64,000 nt of DNA from positions 2,112,001 through 2,176,000 of the forward strand of contig OY761556.1 in the NCBI GenBank assembly GCA_963664705.1. Direction: 5' to 3'. The notes beneath the pieces are model-generated. The model saw nothing but the letters and a program-made list of their open reading frames with translations. It was not told the origin of the DNA and did no database searches. The position numbers were made by a program, and so were the translations under genes. The stretch is from Acidobacteriota bacterium. GTDB taxonomy: Bacteria > Acidobacteriota > UBA6911. This document shows, piece after piece, positions 50,101-58,514 of this stretch (position 1 is its first letter; every line of letters begins with the position of its first letter).

Positions 50101-51387
50101 ACAGTCTGTGGAATAGGCGATATGTCCGGCGATGTTTTTGGCAATGGCGTGCTCCTGAGCAAAGCCACCCTGCTGGTTGCCGCTTTTAACCACGTCCACA
50201 TTTTCCTCGACCCGAATCCCGATATGGAAAAAAGCTACCGGGAAAGAGAACGCCTGTTCCATCTCCCGCGCTCGACCTGGCGCGACTACGATCTGTCGGT
50301 CATCAGCAAAGGCGGCGGCATTTTCGATCGCTCCGCGCGCGCGATTCCGCTCAGCCCCGAAGTGCAGAAACTGCTCGATATCAAGGCAGACAGCGCCAGC
50401 GGCGAAGAGGTGATTCGCAGAATTCTGACCGCACCGGTGGATCTTCTCTACAACGGAGGCATCGGAACCTATGTGAAGGCTACCGGGGAATCCGACGCCG
50501 ATGTCGGCGACCGGACCAACGATCGCGTTCGCGTGCATGCCTGTGATGTCCGGGCCCGCGTGGTCGGAGAAGGAGGCAATCGAGGCTTCACCCAGCGCAG
50601 CCGCATTGAATATTGGATGCGCGGCGGCCTGATCAATACCGATGCCCTGGACAATTCCGGTGGGGTCGACACTTCGGATCATGAAGTGAATCTCAAAATC
50701 CTTCTGGATATCCTGGTCAAAAAGGGAGTCGTCAAGAGCAAGGATGAACGCAACAGGATCCTGTCGGAAATGTCGGAGGACGTCGCAAACCTGGTTCTGG
50801 CCGATAATCAGAATCAGTCGCGCGCGCTGACGCTGGATGAAATGAGGAGCGCCGCGCAGTACGAGGCTTTTGTGAATCTGGTCGAAGAGCTGAAGGCAGG
50901 TGGCGTCATTGACCGACTCGATCCCCAGATTCCCAGCCGGGAATCCCTGCTGGCCAGCGATCAGAAACAGCGCGGATTGCCGAGGCCCTTCCTGTGCGAT
51001 CTGCTGGGCTATGTCAAAATGTGGGGCTACGAGAAAATCCTGCAAAGTAAATTGCCGGACAGCGAGATCGTGCGACCTTTCCTGGACGCCTATTTCCCGC
51101 CACGGCTGCAGCGGGATTTCAGCGCGTATTTCCCGGAGCACCCCTTGCGCCGGGAGATCATTGCAACCGCCGTGGTCAACTATGTTGTGAATAATGGAGG
51201 GATTTCGCTGTTGCCTCAACTATTTGCTTCGGATCCATCGGACCCAGGAGAAGCCGTGGCGGCGTATCTGCGGGCCGACAGGAAATCGAAGGCGGCCGAG
51301 CGGCGGAAGCGTGTCCTTGCGTCGGGGTTGCCGGCCACAAAGGAGCATGCGGCTCTTCTGGAAATTGAGTCGGGTATTCTCAAGTAG
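47185..51387 (+). CDS. Large NAD-specific glutamate dehydrogenase (GdhB type)
   Basis: RGGIRWSDR, IVPVGSKGGF, YLVVAADKGTA, GIGDMSGDVFGNG and DNSGGVDTSDHEVNLKI motifs. Confidence 0.95.
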   Translation: MITQDPENRAQVISKIIDLINRTAPEKDRNLVLSFAPVILEEAPDRILFMLPPEILAERLLRHYQFIVHAMPPSIQLFKGPPGIHVSVHNPDEAEAKAMGGGAGLPLETTVVRTHTLDAPFIFESLKNYFSKAGLRVYSAVHPIFSVRRQWERIVWIGPPHEEGTKESYCYFQIEPVDSKERLRRIQHEIFCVLKCVFLAVEDFQAMTSLTRETARRLKGKDGSDEIESARAFTDWLLDENYVFLGVARYAAGQDGHPQRIQDSVTGVFNDPELLPVVFPGLMEEVESHILPSPEDSHIVGMDYSKNASAIYHLDPIDYIVLREFDGQGGFAGANLLLGRFSRGTFVQRADRIPILKQKLQTILKDSGAIEKSHIFRELINTFNRMPMRELFYAPPAALKSILEPIAFMLGDEEIIVRTRKGTGYIVLEIAFSRLRYSYGVEENIRRALSDAFGPVSFHTRADCGAANLLLFYFDTERLDHPIDEKAVHEIVAKRITTWEDRVSAELETSFGEREGRRLFKRYVTFETRSGLYREVTPPEMVPGDLRHLDSLEARLEIRIVPRGTEVAMLHFYAMHELGLTHTLKTLENLGLQVTDEMRIPLQLPEERSCYLYRYEIRGSAERIAALIAGEERFVEAVRRLDEGHATDDSLNGLILSVGLSWREVEALRTVRNHMLQIRSNYNVETVNRVLLNNSSVSNALFRYFEALFDPELPGDREHAVKEADKGVQAALNTVRSLAEDEVLRAMYNLIQSSLRTNFYQIPERPVFSIKIDSRKVENMPLPKPMFEIYVHSNRLEGIHLRGGRVARGGIRWSDRPDDFRTEVLGLMATQMLKNTIIVPVGSKGGFFLKGNVPAPPALDAYLIDRYSEYVSGLLDVTDNIVDGQILHPPEVVRHDSDDPYLVVAADKGTAHLSDTANSMSLQYGFWLGDAFASGGKTGYDHKKIGITARGAWECVKHHFLNLGMDIQKEPFTVCGIGDMSGDVFGNGVLLSKATLLVAAFNHVHIFLDPNPDMEKSYRERERLFHLPRSTWRDYDLSVISKGGGIFDRSARAIPLSPEVQKLLDIKADSASGEEVIRRILTAPVDLLYNGGIGTYVKATGESDADVGDRTNDRVRVHACDVRARVVGEGGNRGFTQRSRIEYWMRGGLINTDALDNSGGVDTSDHEVNLKILLDILVKKGVVKSKDERNRILSEMSEDVANLVLADNQNQSRALTLDEMRSAAQYEAFVNLVEELKAGGVIDRLDPQIPSRESLLASDQKQRGLPRPFLCDLLGYVKMWGYEKILQSKLPDSEIVRPFLDAYFPPRLQRDFSAYFPEHPLRREIIATAVVNYVVNNGGISLLPQLFASDPSDPGEAVAAYLRADRKSKAAERRKRVLASGLPATKEHAALLEIESGILK

Positions 51388-51393
51388 AGCTTT

Positions 51394-51469
51394 TTTCGTG
51401 CTAATTCGTGTAATTCGTGGCAAAAAATGAGCTGTAATTCGGCCACGAATTACACCAATTTGCACGAAA
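51394..51469. repeat. CACGAATT-family inverted repeat (28-bp arms, 20-nt loop)
   Basis: TTTCGTGCTAATTCGTGTAATTCGTGGC pairs with GCCACGAATTACACCAATTTGCACGAAA at 26 of 28 positions. Confidence 0.85.
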
Positions 51470-51483
51470 TCCCCTGCCATCCT

Positions 51484-52222
51484 CAGGTTTATAAAGGAAA
51501 TTCCCATAACCGCGAAGACCGCGAAGACCGCAAAGAAAATATTTTTGTAGGCTTTGCGCCTATCGTTCTCGCCAGATCATACGCTGAATTCCATCCTTGA
51601 TGCGTGGGACCTTCCAGTTAATCAGGAAGCCAATGGAACGTCCACTCAGCTTGAGATATGTAAGCAACTGGGCTCGGTGGACGGGATGGATCACATCGAC
51701 AGTTTTGTTTTCGACGAGTATGCAATCATCTACCAAGAGATCGGCCCTATATCCACAATCGAGCGCGATCTCCTTGTAGTGGATAGGAATAGGATATTCC
51801 GCGTAAACATCGAGCCCGCGAATACCAAGTTCATGCATTAGGCACCGCCGATAAACGGACTCCAGCAATCCAGGCCCAAGCGCTGTATGGATTTCGACCG
51901 CTGAATCGACAATATGATGCGCAACTTTTTCCCTATCCATCACACTATCTAATGGTCCGACAGGAAAATGAGCCAAAAAAATATTCTTTGCGTTCTTCCC
52001 CAGGTTTATAAAGGAAATTCCCATAACCGCGAAGACCGCAAAGAAAATATTTTTGTAGGCTTTGCGCCTATCGTTCTCGCCAGATCATACGCTGAATTCC
52101 ATCCTTGATGCGTGGGACCTTCCAGTTAATCAGGAAGCCAAATGAGTCAAAAAAAATCTTTGCGGTCTTCGAGGTCTTCGCGGTTCAAAACAAAAAATGA
52201 ATCAACACCATTTATTTGTGGA
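51484..52222 (-). mobile_element. GxxExxY-associated element: gene-bearing copy plus a tandem internally deleted copy
   Basis: A end CCCATAACCGCGAAGACCGCGAAGACCGCAAAGA; B end TCTTTGCGGTCTTCGAGGTCTTCGCGGTTCAAAACAAAAAATGAATCAAC. 51484-51633 is repeated at 52001-52141 minus one 9-mer. Flanked by ~45-bp direct repeats at 51442 and 52235. Confidence 0.8.
51560..51940 (-). CDS. GxxExxY protein (PD-(D/E)xK nuclease superfamily)
   Basis: 126 aa from ATG 51940; GPGLLESVY (GxxExxY), RADLLV...VENK (D...ExK) and AQLLTYLK motifs. Confidence 0.93.
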   Translation of the reverse strand: MDREKVAHHIVDSAVEIHTALGPGLLESVYRRCLMHELGIRGLDVYAEYPIPIHYKEIALDCGYRADLLVDDCILVENKTVDVIHPVHRAQLLTYLKLSGRSIGFLINWKVPRIKDGIQRMIWRER

Positions 52223-52242
52223 GCCTGCTTCTCCGCCACGAA

Positions 52243-52896
52243 TTACACCAATTTGCACGAAATACCCTGCATCTCCAGATTTTCCAGGAATTCCGTTAGC
52301 GAACAAAAGGTGAAGTCTGGTTGAGCCTCCGCCAGACGGCGACTGGCCGGGTACAAACTCGGAATTGCGACCGTAAGGACATTGGCTCGTCTTCCCATTA
52401 TCATGTCATCCGGGCAGTCCCCGACATAGCAGCAATCCTCGGGCTTTTTCTGTAATCGATCCAGCGCCAATTCCAGTCCTTCCGGGTGCGGCTTCTTGTT
52501 CACCACATCTTCATTGCAGACAACAATCCTGAAAACATCCCTAAGCCCCAGCGCCCCGATTTCCCGTTCGACCCGAGAGCGTGTTCCGCTGGTGACAATT
52601 CCGAGAACATATTTCCTGTTTATCAGCGTATCGAGCGTCGCACATCCGTCAGCCAGCAATCTTGGAGTTTCGTCGGCATAGTGTCGCAGCCAGCGTTCAT
52701 CGGCCTCATCCCATCGCGGTCGCGGCAATTGGAGCTGCTCATACATGAGGTACCAGTTGGGGGAGTAGATCCGGTTGTAGGTCTCGAAATCGAGGGGAAG
52801 CCCCATGTCGGCAAATGATTTCTGGAATGCATTGAAGGCCTGCTGGGCCGTATCGATCAGCGTTCCATCCCAATCAAACAGAACCGTATTGATCAT
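52243..52896 (-). CDS. HAD-family hydrolase (phosphoglycolate phosphatase-like)
   Basis: FDWDGTLIDT, KPHPEG and YVGDCPDD motifs. Confidence 0.92.
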   Translation of the reverse strand: MINTVLFDWDGTLIDTAQQAFNAFQKSFADMGLPLDFETYNRIYSPNWYLMYEQLQLPRPRWDEADERWLRHYADETPRLLADGCATLDTLINRKYVLGIVTSGTRSRVEREIGALGLRDVFRIVVCNEDVVNKKPHPEGLELALDRLQKKPEDCCYVGDCPDDMIMGRRANVLTVAIPSLYPASRRLAEAQPDFTFCSLTEFLENLEMQGISCKLV

Positions 52897-53036
52897 AATA
52901 TCTCACCACCGGCCTTCCCCGTGACATCCGCGCGCCGTCTATTATAGGACATGGCGGGTCAAATTCCCGTAATTCGTGGTGTTTTCTGCTTTTTTCTTTA
53001 TAATGGCGCCATAACCTACATCTCGGACGACACTAT

Positions 53037-54434
53037 ATGGCGGAAAAGCAATTTGGTAGAGATTTGACTGTAGGTAGTATCCCGAAACATCTTCTGAATT
53101 TCTCAATCCCGATGCTCGTGGGGAATATGCTCCAGAGCGGGTACAGCATCATCAACATGATCTGGGTCGGCAATATCGTGGGCGAACGCGGCCTGGGCGC
53201 CACCGCAGTCAGCTTTCCCATCATGTTTATCCTGATCGGCATTGCCGCGGGAGTGTCGATGGCCACGGCGGTGCTGGTGGCGCAATATTATGGCGCGAAA
53301 AATTATGAACGGATGCGCCTGGTCATCGATAATTCTCTCTATATTCAGATCGCGCTCAGCGTGGTTCTTATCAGCACGGGAATTATCTGTACCAATTCCC
53401 TGCTGCGGATGATGGACACGCCGGCGGAGATATTCGACCTGTCTTCGAGTTATCTGAGGATTTCGCTGTCAGGCATTATTTTTCTCTATCTGACTTTTAC
53501 CATCAGCTCAATTCTGCGCGGCGTTGGCGACACGATAACGCCCCTGCTGTTCATGGGAATCGGCGTGGTACTCAACGCGATCCTCGATCCATTTATGATC
53601 GTGGGCATCTGGCCTTTCCCCAAAATGGGGCTGAACGGAGCGGCTATTGCGTCGATCATTTCCCAGGGGATAAGCCTGATCATCGCGCTGGTTTATCTGA
53701 ATCGCAAAAATCATCTTGTCGCCATCAACCTGCACAAGTTTCGCTTCGACTGGCATATCACGTGCCTGATTGCCAACATCGGATTCCCCTCCACGATTCA
53801 GCAATGCCTTGTTTCCGTAGGCTCCGCATTCGTCACCAAGTATGTCAATTTCTTCGGCCCCACTGCCATCGCCGCCTTTGGAGCCTCTTCGCGCATCGAC
53901 ATGGTGGCTACGATGCCGGCGATCGCCATCGGCATGGCAGCCACGGCGCTGACCGGGCAGAACCTCGGAGCCAAAAAGCCGGAACGTGTCAAAGAGATCT
54001 TCAAGTGGGCGCTGCTGCTGGGAACGGGGATATCCGGCGTTGTGGCGCTGTTCGCCCTGTCCTTTCCACGGCTTATCCTTTCGATGTTCATCCACCATGA
54101 TCCGGTTCTCGACATTGGGGTTCAGTACCTTCACATCGTTGCGCCCTGCTATTTTCTTTTTGCGCTGACCTTTGTTTCCGCCGGGATCGCCAATGGAGCC
54201 GGGCAGACGATGATTCCCATGATCATGACGCTGGTTTCGCTCTGGGCAGTTCGAGTGCCGCTGGCGTGGTATATGTCCCAGCATACGTGGCTGAAGGCCA
54301 CGGGGATCTGGATTGCGATGGCGGCAGGGTTTTTTGTTACCGCGATTATCAACTTCCTGTATTACCTGTCGGGCCGGTGGAAGAAATCGACGGCGAAGAT
54401 TCAGATGCCGCAGGCTGCAGCTGCGGAGCTTTAG
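53037..54434 (+). CDS. MATE-family efflux transporter
   Basis: About 12 TM segments; RGVGDTITPL, LNAILDP, GLNGAAIA and GQNLGA motifs. Confidence 0.93.
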   Translation: MAEKQFGRDLTVGSIPKHLLNFSIPMLVGNMLQSGYSIINMIWVGNIVGERGLGATAVSFPIMFILIGIAAGVSMATAVLVAQYYGAKNYERMRLVIDNSLYIQIALSVVLISTGIICTNSLLRMMDTPAEIFDLSSSYLRISLSGIIFLYLTFTISSILRGVGDTITPLLFMGIGVVLNAILDPFMIVGIWPFPKMGLNGAAIASIISQGISLIIALVYLNRKNHLVAINLHKFRFDWHITCLIANIGFPSTIQQCLVSVGSAFVTKYVNFFGPTAIAAFGASSRIDMVATMPAIAIGMAATALTGQNLGAKKPERVKEIFKWALLLGTGISGVVALFALSFPRLILSMFIHHDPVLDIGVQYLHIVAPCYFLFALTFVSAGIANGAGQTMIPMIMTLVSLWAVRVPLAWYMSQHTWLKATGIWIAMAAGFFVTAIINFLYYLSGRWKKSTAKIQMPQAAAAEL

Positions 54435-55217
54435 TTCGCAGCGCTTTTGCGTTTCACAAACAGGGGAATGACCAGCAGCAGCACGGCAAGGGCAATAAAC
54501 TGAGAGGTGGACAGCAATCCGCCGAGCAGGAAGCCTCGGTCCGCATCTCCGCGGACGAATTCGAGCAGAAACCGGGCCACTGCATAAAGCCCTGAATACA
54601 GAAGGATGATCTGGCCGTCAAAACGCTTCCGGCGTGTCATCCATACCAGGAAGAAAAATATAGCCAGGCAAATCAGGGATTCGTATAGCTGAACCGGATG
54701 CAGGGGGACTCCCAGTGGCGCTCCGCCGATTTCGGCCGCGTCCGGATGCGTGAAGGTCACAGCCCAGGGAAGATGGGTCGGGCTGCCGTAATCGTCTCCT
54801 GCCATGAAGCATCCAATGCGCCCGATGGCTTGCCCCAACGCAATTGCGGGACCGCACAGATCTGCCATTTGCCAGCGCGGGATATCGCGGTGACGCAAAA
54901 AAAAACACCATGGCGAAGGCCAATGCGCCGATAAATCCACCATAAAAGTCTCCGGCACTTTGAATGGTTGCCAGGGACCAGAAGTCCGAGGGATTTTCGA
55001 GGTATTGCGGCAGCGACCGCACGACCATCAAGGCTTTGGCACCAAGGATGGCGCCGATGATAGTCCAGGTTCCCAGGCCGATCGCGCGCTCGGGATTCAA
55101 TCCCTCACGCTTTACACCGCGCATGAGCCACCAGAGGGCGGCCAGGTAGGCGGCGGCCAGCAGCACTCCAAATGTATGGAGGACGAAATACGGAGTTGTA
55201 AATACGCGCGGAAACAT
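54431..55217 (-). pseudogene. lgt: Prolipoprotein diacylglyceryl transferase, frameshifted at a T9 tract (or sequencing error)
   Basis: N-terminal half in ORF 54618-55217 (FYGGFIG), C-terminal half in ORF 54431-54958 (GRIGCF, HPVQLYES, RFLLEFVR). Removing one base from the run at 54897-54905 fuses them. Confidence 0.85.
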
Positions 55218-55256
55218 AGGGAAAAGACTATAGCCGCTCTATCACGGCCATTCAAC

Positions 55257-55308
55257 AGTCATTCGCGAGTCAGTCATTCGCGAGTCATTCATCAACAAAC
55301 CGAATGAC
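55257..55308. repeat. Short AGTCATTC(GCG) tandem repeat with an inverted GAATGAC partner
   Basis: AGTCATTCGCG AGTC AGTCATTCGCG AGTCATTC ... CGAATGAC. Confidence 0.6.
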
Positions 55309-55376
55309 ACTGCGGAGATATCGACCTAATATGATGCCTGAACGCGGCAGGTTTTCTGAAGGGATGTGTTATACGC

Positions 55377-55937
55377 ATGAACGATGACATCGTATTTGTC
55401 GATTATTACGACGTGCTGCAGGTCAGTCCGACCGCGGATGAGGACACGATTCGGCGCATATTCCGTCACCTGGCAAAGAAATGTCACCCGGACCTGCCGA
55501 CCGGGGGCAATCCGGAGCTGTTTCGGAACCTGGTAAAGGCTCATGATGTCCTGAGCGACCCGGAAAAGAGGACGGCTTATGATGTCAAGCATCAGGAATA
55601 TTGGGATCGCAAATGGCAGATCCTGGGTCGGGCCACGAATGGATCCATCCCTGAAAACAACAAGCAGGTCCGCGAACGCATTCTGACCGTGCTGTACGTG
55701 CAGCGCAGAAGCAATTCGCAGAATCCCGGATTGGGCGAGATCGAGTTATCGCGCATGCTTCGGACGCCCATCGAGTTCATGGAATTCGACTTGTGGTATC
55801 TGCTCAGAAAAGGCCTTGTGGAAAGGTTGGAAACAGGACATATGGCCATTTCCGTGGAAGGCGTCGACTATGTTGAAGCCCACACGCTGCAGGTTAATGA
55901 AGACCACCTCCTGTCCTCTCACATTACAGAGGCCTGA
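55377..55937 (+). CDS. J-domain protein with a winged-helix-like C-terminus
   Basis: DYYDVLQV...CHPD...VLSDPEKRTAYD J domain; C-terminal LWYLLRKGLVER. Confidence 0.85.
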   Translation: MNDDIVFVDYYDVLQVSPTADEDTIRRIFRHLAKKCHPDLPTGGNPELFRNLVKAHDVLSDPEKRTAYDVKHQEYWDRKWQILGRATNGSIPENNKQVRERILTVLYVQRRSNSQNPGLGEIELSRMLRTPIEFMEFDLWYLLRKGLVERLETGHMAISVEGVDYVEAHTLQVNEDHLLSSHITEA

Positions 55938-55994
55938 CCTGCGTTTCTTCTTCATTCAATTCGAACGATATCTCTGCTAGAATCGCCCGCTTGC

Positions 55995-56696
55995 ATGCGA
56001 GTCCTAATCTGCGCGCCTGCTTACAACGAGCAGGGAAAAATCGGCCGTGTCGTCAAAAAGATCCCGCCCGGTATCTGCGATGGGATCGTGGTTGTCAACG
56101 ACTGCTCGACCGACGGCACCGCCGACGAAGCGCAGTCCGCGGGAGCCGTTGTTCTCTCACACAAGATAAATCAGGGTGTCGGCGCCGCAATTCGCAGCGG
56201 AATTGATTACGCGATCAAAAACAATTACGACGTGGTGGTGATTGTTTCAGGAGACGACCAACACGATCCGGCCGATCTGCCGGGATTGCTGGAACCGATT
56301 CGAAGCGGCAGCCATGATTTTGTTCAGGGATCGCGACGCCTTACGGGTCTCCGGGCCCCCAACATCAATATGTTCCGGCGCACAACCACCTGGTGCTATA
56401 CCGCGCTCTTTCGAATCCTGACCGGCTTCCCGTGCACCGATGCAACAAACGGTGGAAGAGCATTCCGCACGCGAATATTCGGGAACAAGCAGATCAATTT
56501 GTGGCAGGATTGGCTGAATACCTACGAATTGGAACCGTACCTGTTATATAAAGCGATACGGTGCGGGGTCCGGGTGACGGAAGCTCCAATGAAGGTGATT
56601 TATCACGAAAAGGGCACGACGAAAATGCGGCCGTTCCGCGACTGGTGGCGCCTGTTTCGCCCGCTTGTCTTCCTGGCCCTTGGCCTGCGCCGGTAG
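55995..56696 (+). CDS. Glycosyltransferase family 2 (polyprenol-phosphate GT-like)
   Basis: PAYNEQ, VVNDCSTDGT, NQGVGAA, GDDQH and GSRR motifs. Confidence 0.92.
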   Translation: MRVLICAPAYNEQGKIGRVVKKIPPGICDGIVVVNDCSTDGTADEAQSAGAVVLSHKINQGVGAAIRSGIDYAIKNNYDVVVIVSGDDQHDPADLPGLLEPIRSGSHDFVQGSRRLTGLRAPNINMFRRTTTWCYTALFRILTGFPCTDATNGGRAFRTRIFGNKQINLWQDWLNTYELEPYLLYKAIRCGVRVTEAPMKVIYHEKGTTKMRPFRDWWRLFRPLVFLALGLRR

Positions 56697-56704
56697 CCGT
56701 GCTT

Positions 56705-57479
56705 GCCGGGAGCGCCGCCGTCCCGGCGGCAACGGTTTGAAATGGATGCAACTTTGCTCTTGCCGGAGAGACGCCTCATACGCATTGTTCTAAGCTCTAC
56801 GACGCGAGTGAAGCAACAGGCCTGAAGGGCCGAAAGATCGTAGCCGGGGGTGAAGCGAAGCGAACCCCCGGTAGAGATAAGCGTGAGAACGAGCCCTGGC
56901 AGGGCGACAGAAACGGTGAACCCCGCTCCGATGTTCAACTTTAGGCTATGTGGAGGAACGGAAATATCTTTCGCCCCCTGCCGGGGCTCCTTTAGATTTC
57001 ATGCTATCCGGGGGTTCGCTTCGCTTCACCCCCGGCTACTTTCTGACCGCCCCGCTGGGGCTGAGATGCATCGCGCCGCCAGATCCCTCGGGCAAATAAT
57101 AGGCAGCATTAGCCGTCCCGGCGGCAACGGTTGAAATGGAGGCAACTTTGCTCTTGCCGAAGAGACGCCTAATACGCATTGTTCTAAGCCCTGCGACGCG
57201 AGTGAAGCAACAGGCCCGGAGGGCCGAAAGAAAGTAGCCAGGGGTGAGCGAAGCGAACCCCTGGTAGAGATAAGCGCGGGAAAGAGCCCTGAAGGGGCGA
57301 AAGATCGGGCATTCTGCCGCCCCTTCAGGGCTTGTTATGGATCTAATCCAATCCGGGGGTTCGCTACGCTTCACCCCCGGCTACTTTCTGATCGCCCCTC
57401 CGGGGCTGATATGCATCGCGCTTCCATGTTCTCTGGGCAATTATTGGGCAGCATTCAGCGAGATACCGGCGCTCCCGGC
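56705..57479. repeat. Nested REP-like cluster of two diverged tandem units (period 395 bp)
   Basis: Units start at 56717 and 57112. Each holds inverted GTAGCCGGGGGTGAAGCGAAGCGAACCCCCGG-type hairpins and GCCCTGAAGGGGC-type palindromes, inside outer GGGAGCGCCG..CGGCGCTCCC arms. Confidence 0.88.
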
Positions 57480-57542
57480 CCTCATTCTGGGCCAGGGCCC
57501 CTGAAAAAACGATTGTTATCACAATAATGGAATGGAGGACGC

Positions 57543-58505
57543 TTGAACAGCTCATTGCTTGAGAGACCAATTCTGGTGACCGGTGGTGCCGGCTTTGTCG
57601 GGTCAAACCTCGTACGACGGTTAATTGCCAAGGGGGCCAGGGTCACGATTCTGGACGACTTCTTTACCGGCAAGCTCTCCAACCTGGCTGGGTTGGAAGG
57701 CCGCTACGAGCTGGTTAAGGGCAGCGTCACGGACCGGGACATTGTGATGGAACTTGTGTCCAAGGCGGGCCTTGTTTTCCACCTGGCTGCGCGAAATATT
57801 ATTGCCTCGACCAAAAATCCGCTGGAGGATTTCCAGACCAACATCGGAGGCACCTTAAACATACTGCTCGCAGCGAGAGAATATCGGACCGAGCGCGTCA
57901 TCTATTCCTCCTCCGTTTCCGTGTACGGAAATCCGAAATATTTACCCATCAATGAAGATGATCGTATCAGCCTGTTGACGCCCTATGCGGTCAGCAAATT
58001 TGGTGGCGAAGGCTATTGCCAGGCCTTTTATGAAAGCTATGGTTTGCCGGTCGCGGTGGTTCGATATTCCAATGTCTATGGCCCCTGGCAGGACCCGGCC
58101 AATCCATATTGCGGCGTGATCGCAAAATTCATCGACAAAGCCAAGGCCGGCCTGCCTCTCGAAATTCATGGGGACGGCGAGCAGACGCGTGATTTCACTT
58201 TTGTGGAAGATGCGGTGGAGGCGACCTTGACGGCGGCGATATCCCCGAAGGCTGAAGGGGAGGTTTTCAATGTGGGGACCGGAATCGAAACCAACATCAA
58301 TGCCCTTGCCGCCCATGTTTCAGGCTTGTATGGCCAGGAGCACGAGCCCATCCATATTGACCGGCGCGATATCGACAATATTCGCCGGCGCGTGGTCAAT
58401 ATCGAAAAAATCCGGCGGTTGCTGCGCTGGACCCCGGCGATTACCTTAAGCCGGGGCTTGGCGAGAACCCGGGATTGGAACGACAGTTTCAGGTCCGACC
58501 AATAG
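57543..58505 (+). CDS. NAD-dependent nucleotide-sugar epimerase/dehydratase
   Basis: TGGAGFVG, YAVSK (YxxxK), RYSNVYGP and GDGEQTRDF motifs. Confidence 0.93.
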   Translation: MNSSLLERPILVTGGAGFVGSNLVRRLIAKGARVTILDDFFTGKLSNLAGLEGRYELVKGSVTDRDIVMELVSKAGLVFHLAARNIIASTKNPLEDFQTNIGGTLNILLAAREYRTERVIYSSSVSVYGNPKYLPINEDDRISLLTPYAVSKFGGEGYCQAFYESYGLPVAVVRYSNVYGPWQDPANPYCGVIAKFIDKAKAGLPLEIHGDGEQTRDFTFVEDAVEATLTAAISPKAEGEVFNVGTGIETNINALAAHVSGLYGQEHEPIHIDRRDIDNIRRRVVNIEKIRRLLRWTPAITLSRGLARTRDWNDSFRSDQ

Positions 58506-58514
58506 CCGAGTGCC

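Noticed and set aside
47224-51219. Long antisense ORFs (475 and 685 aa) opposite the GDH gene
   Set aside because: Shadow frames of a GC3-biased gene with no recognisable motifs; the same applies to 45086-46813, 24717-25652, 28258-29322 and 13100-14035.
51941-52024. N-terminal extension of GxxExxY in the ORF track (154 aa)
   Set aside because: It runs through element end repeats; the family-typical length starts at 51940. Extensions of aroC, mlaF, the transposase and the 39168 kinase ORF were trimmed for similar reasons.
56544-57682. Short ORFs within the repeat cluster
   Set aside because: They are translations of palindromic repeats; the two MKRSEPP ORFs simply mirror the inverted arms.
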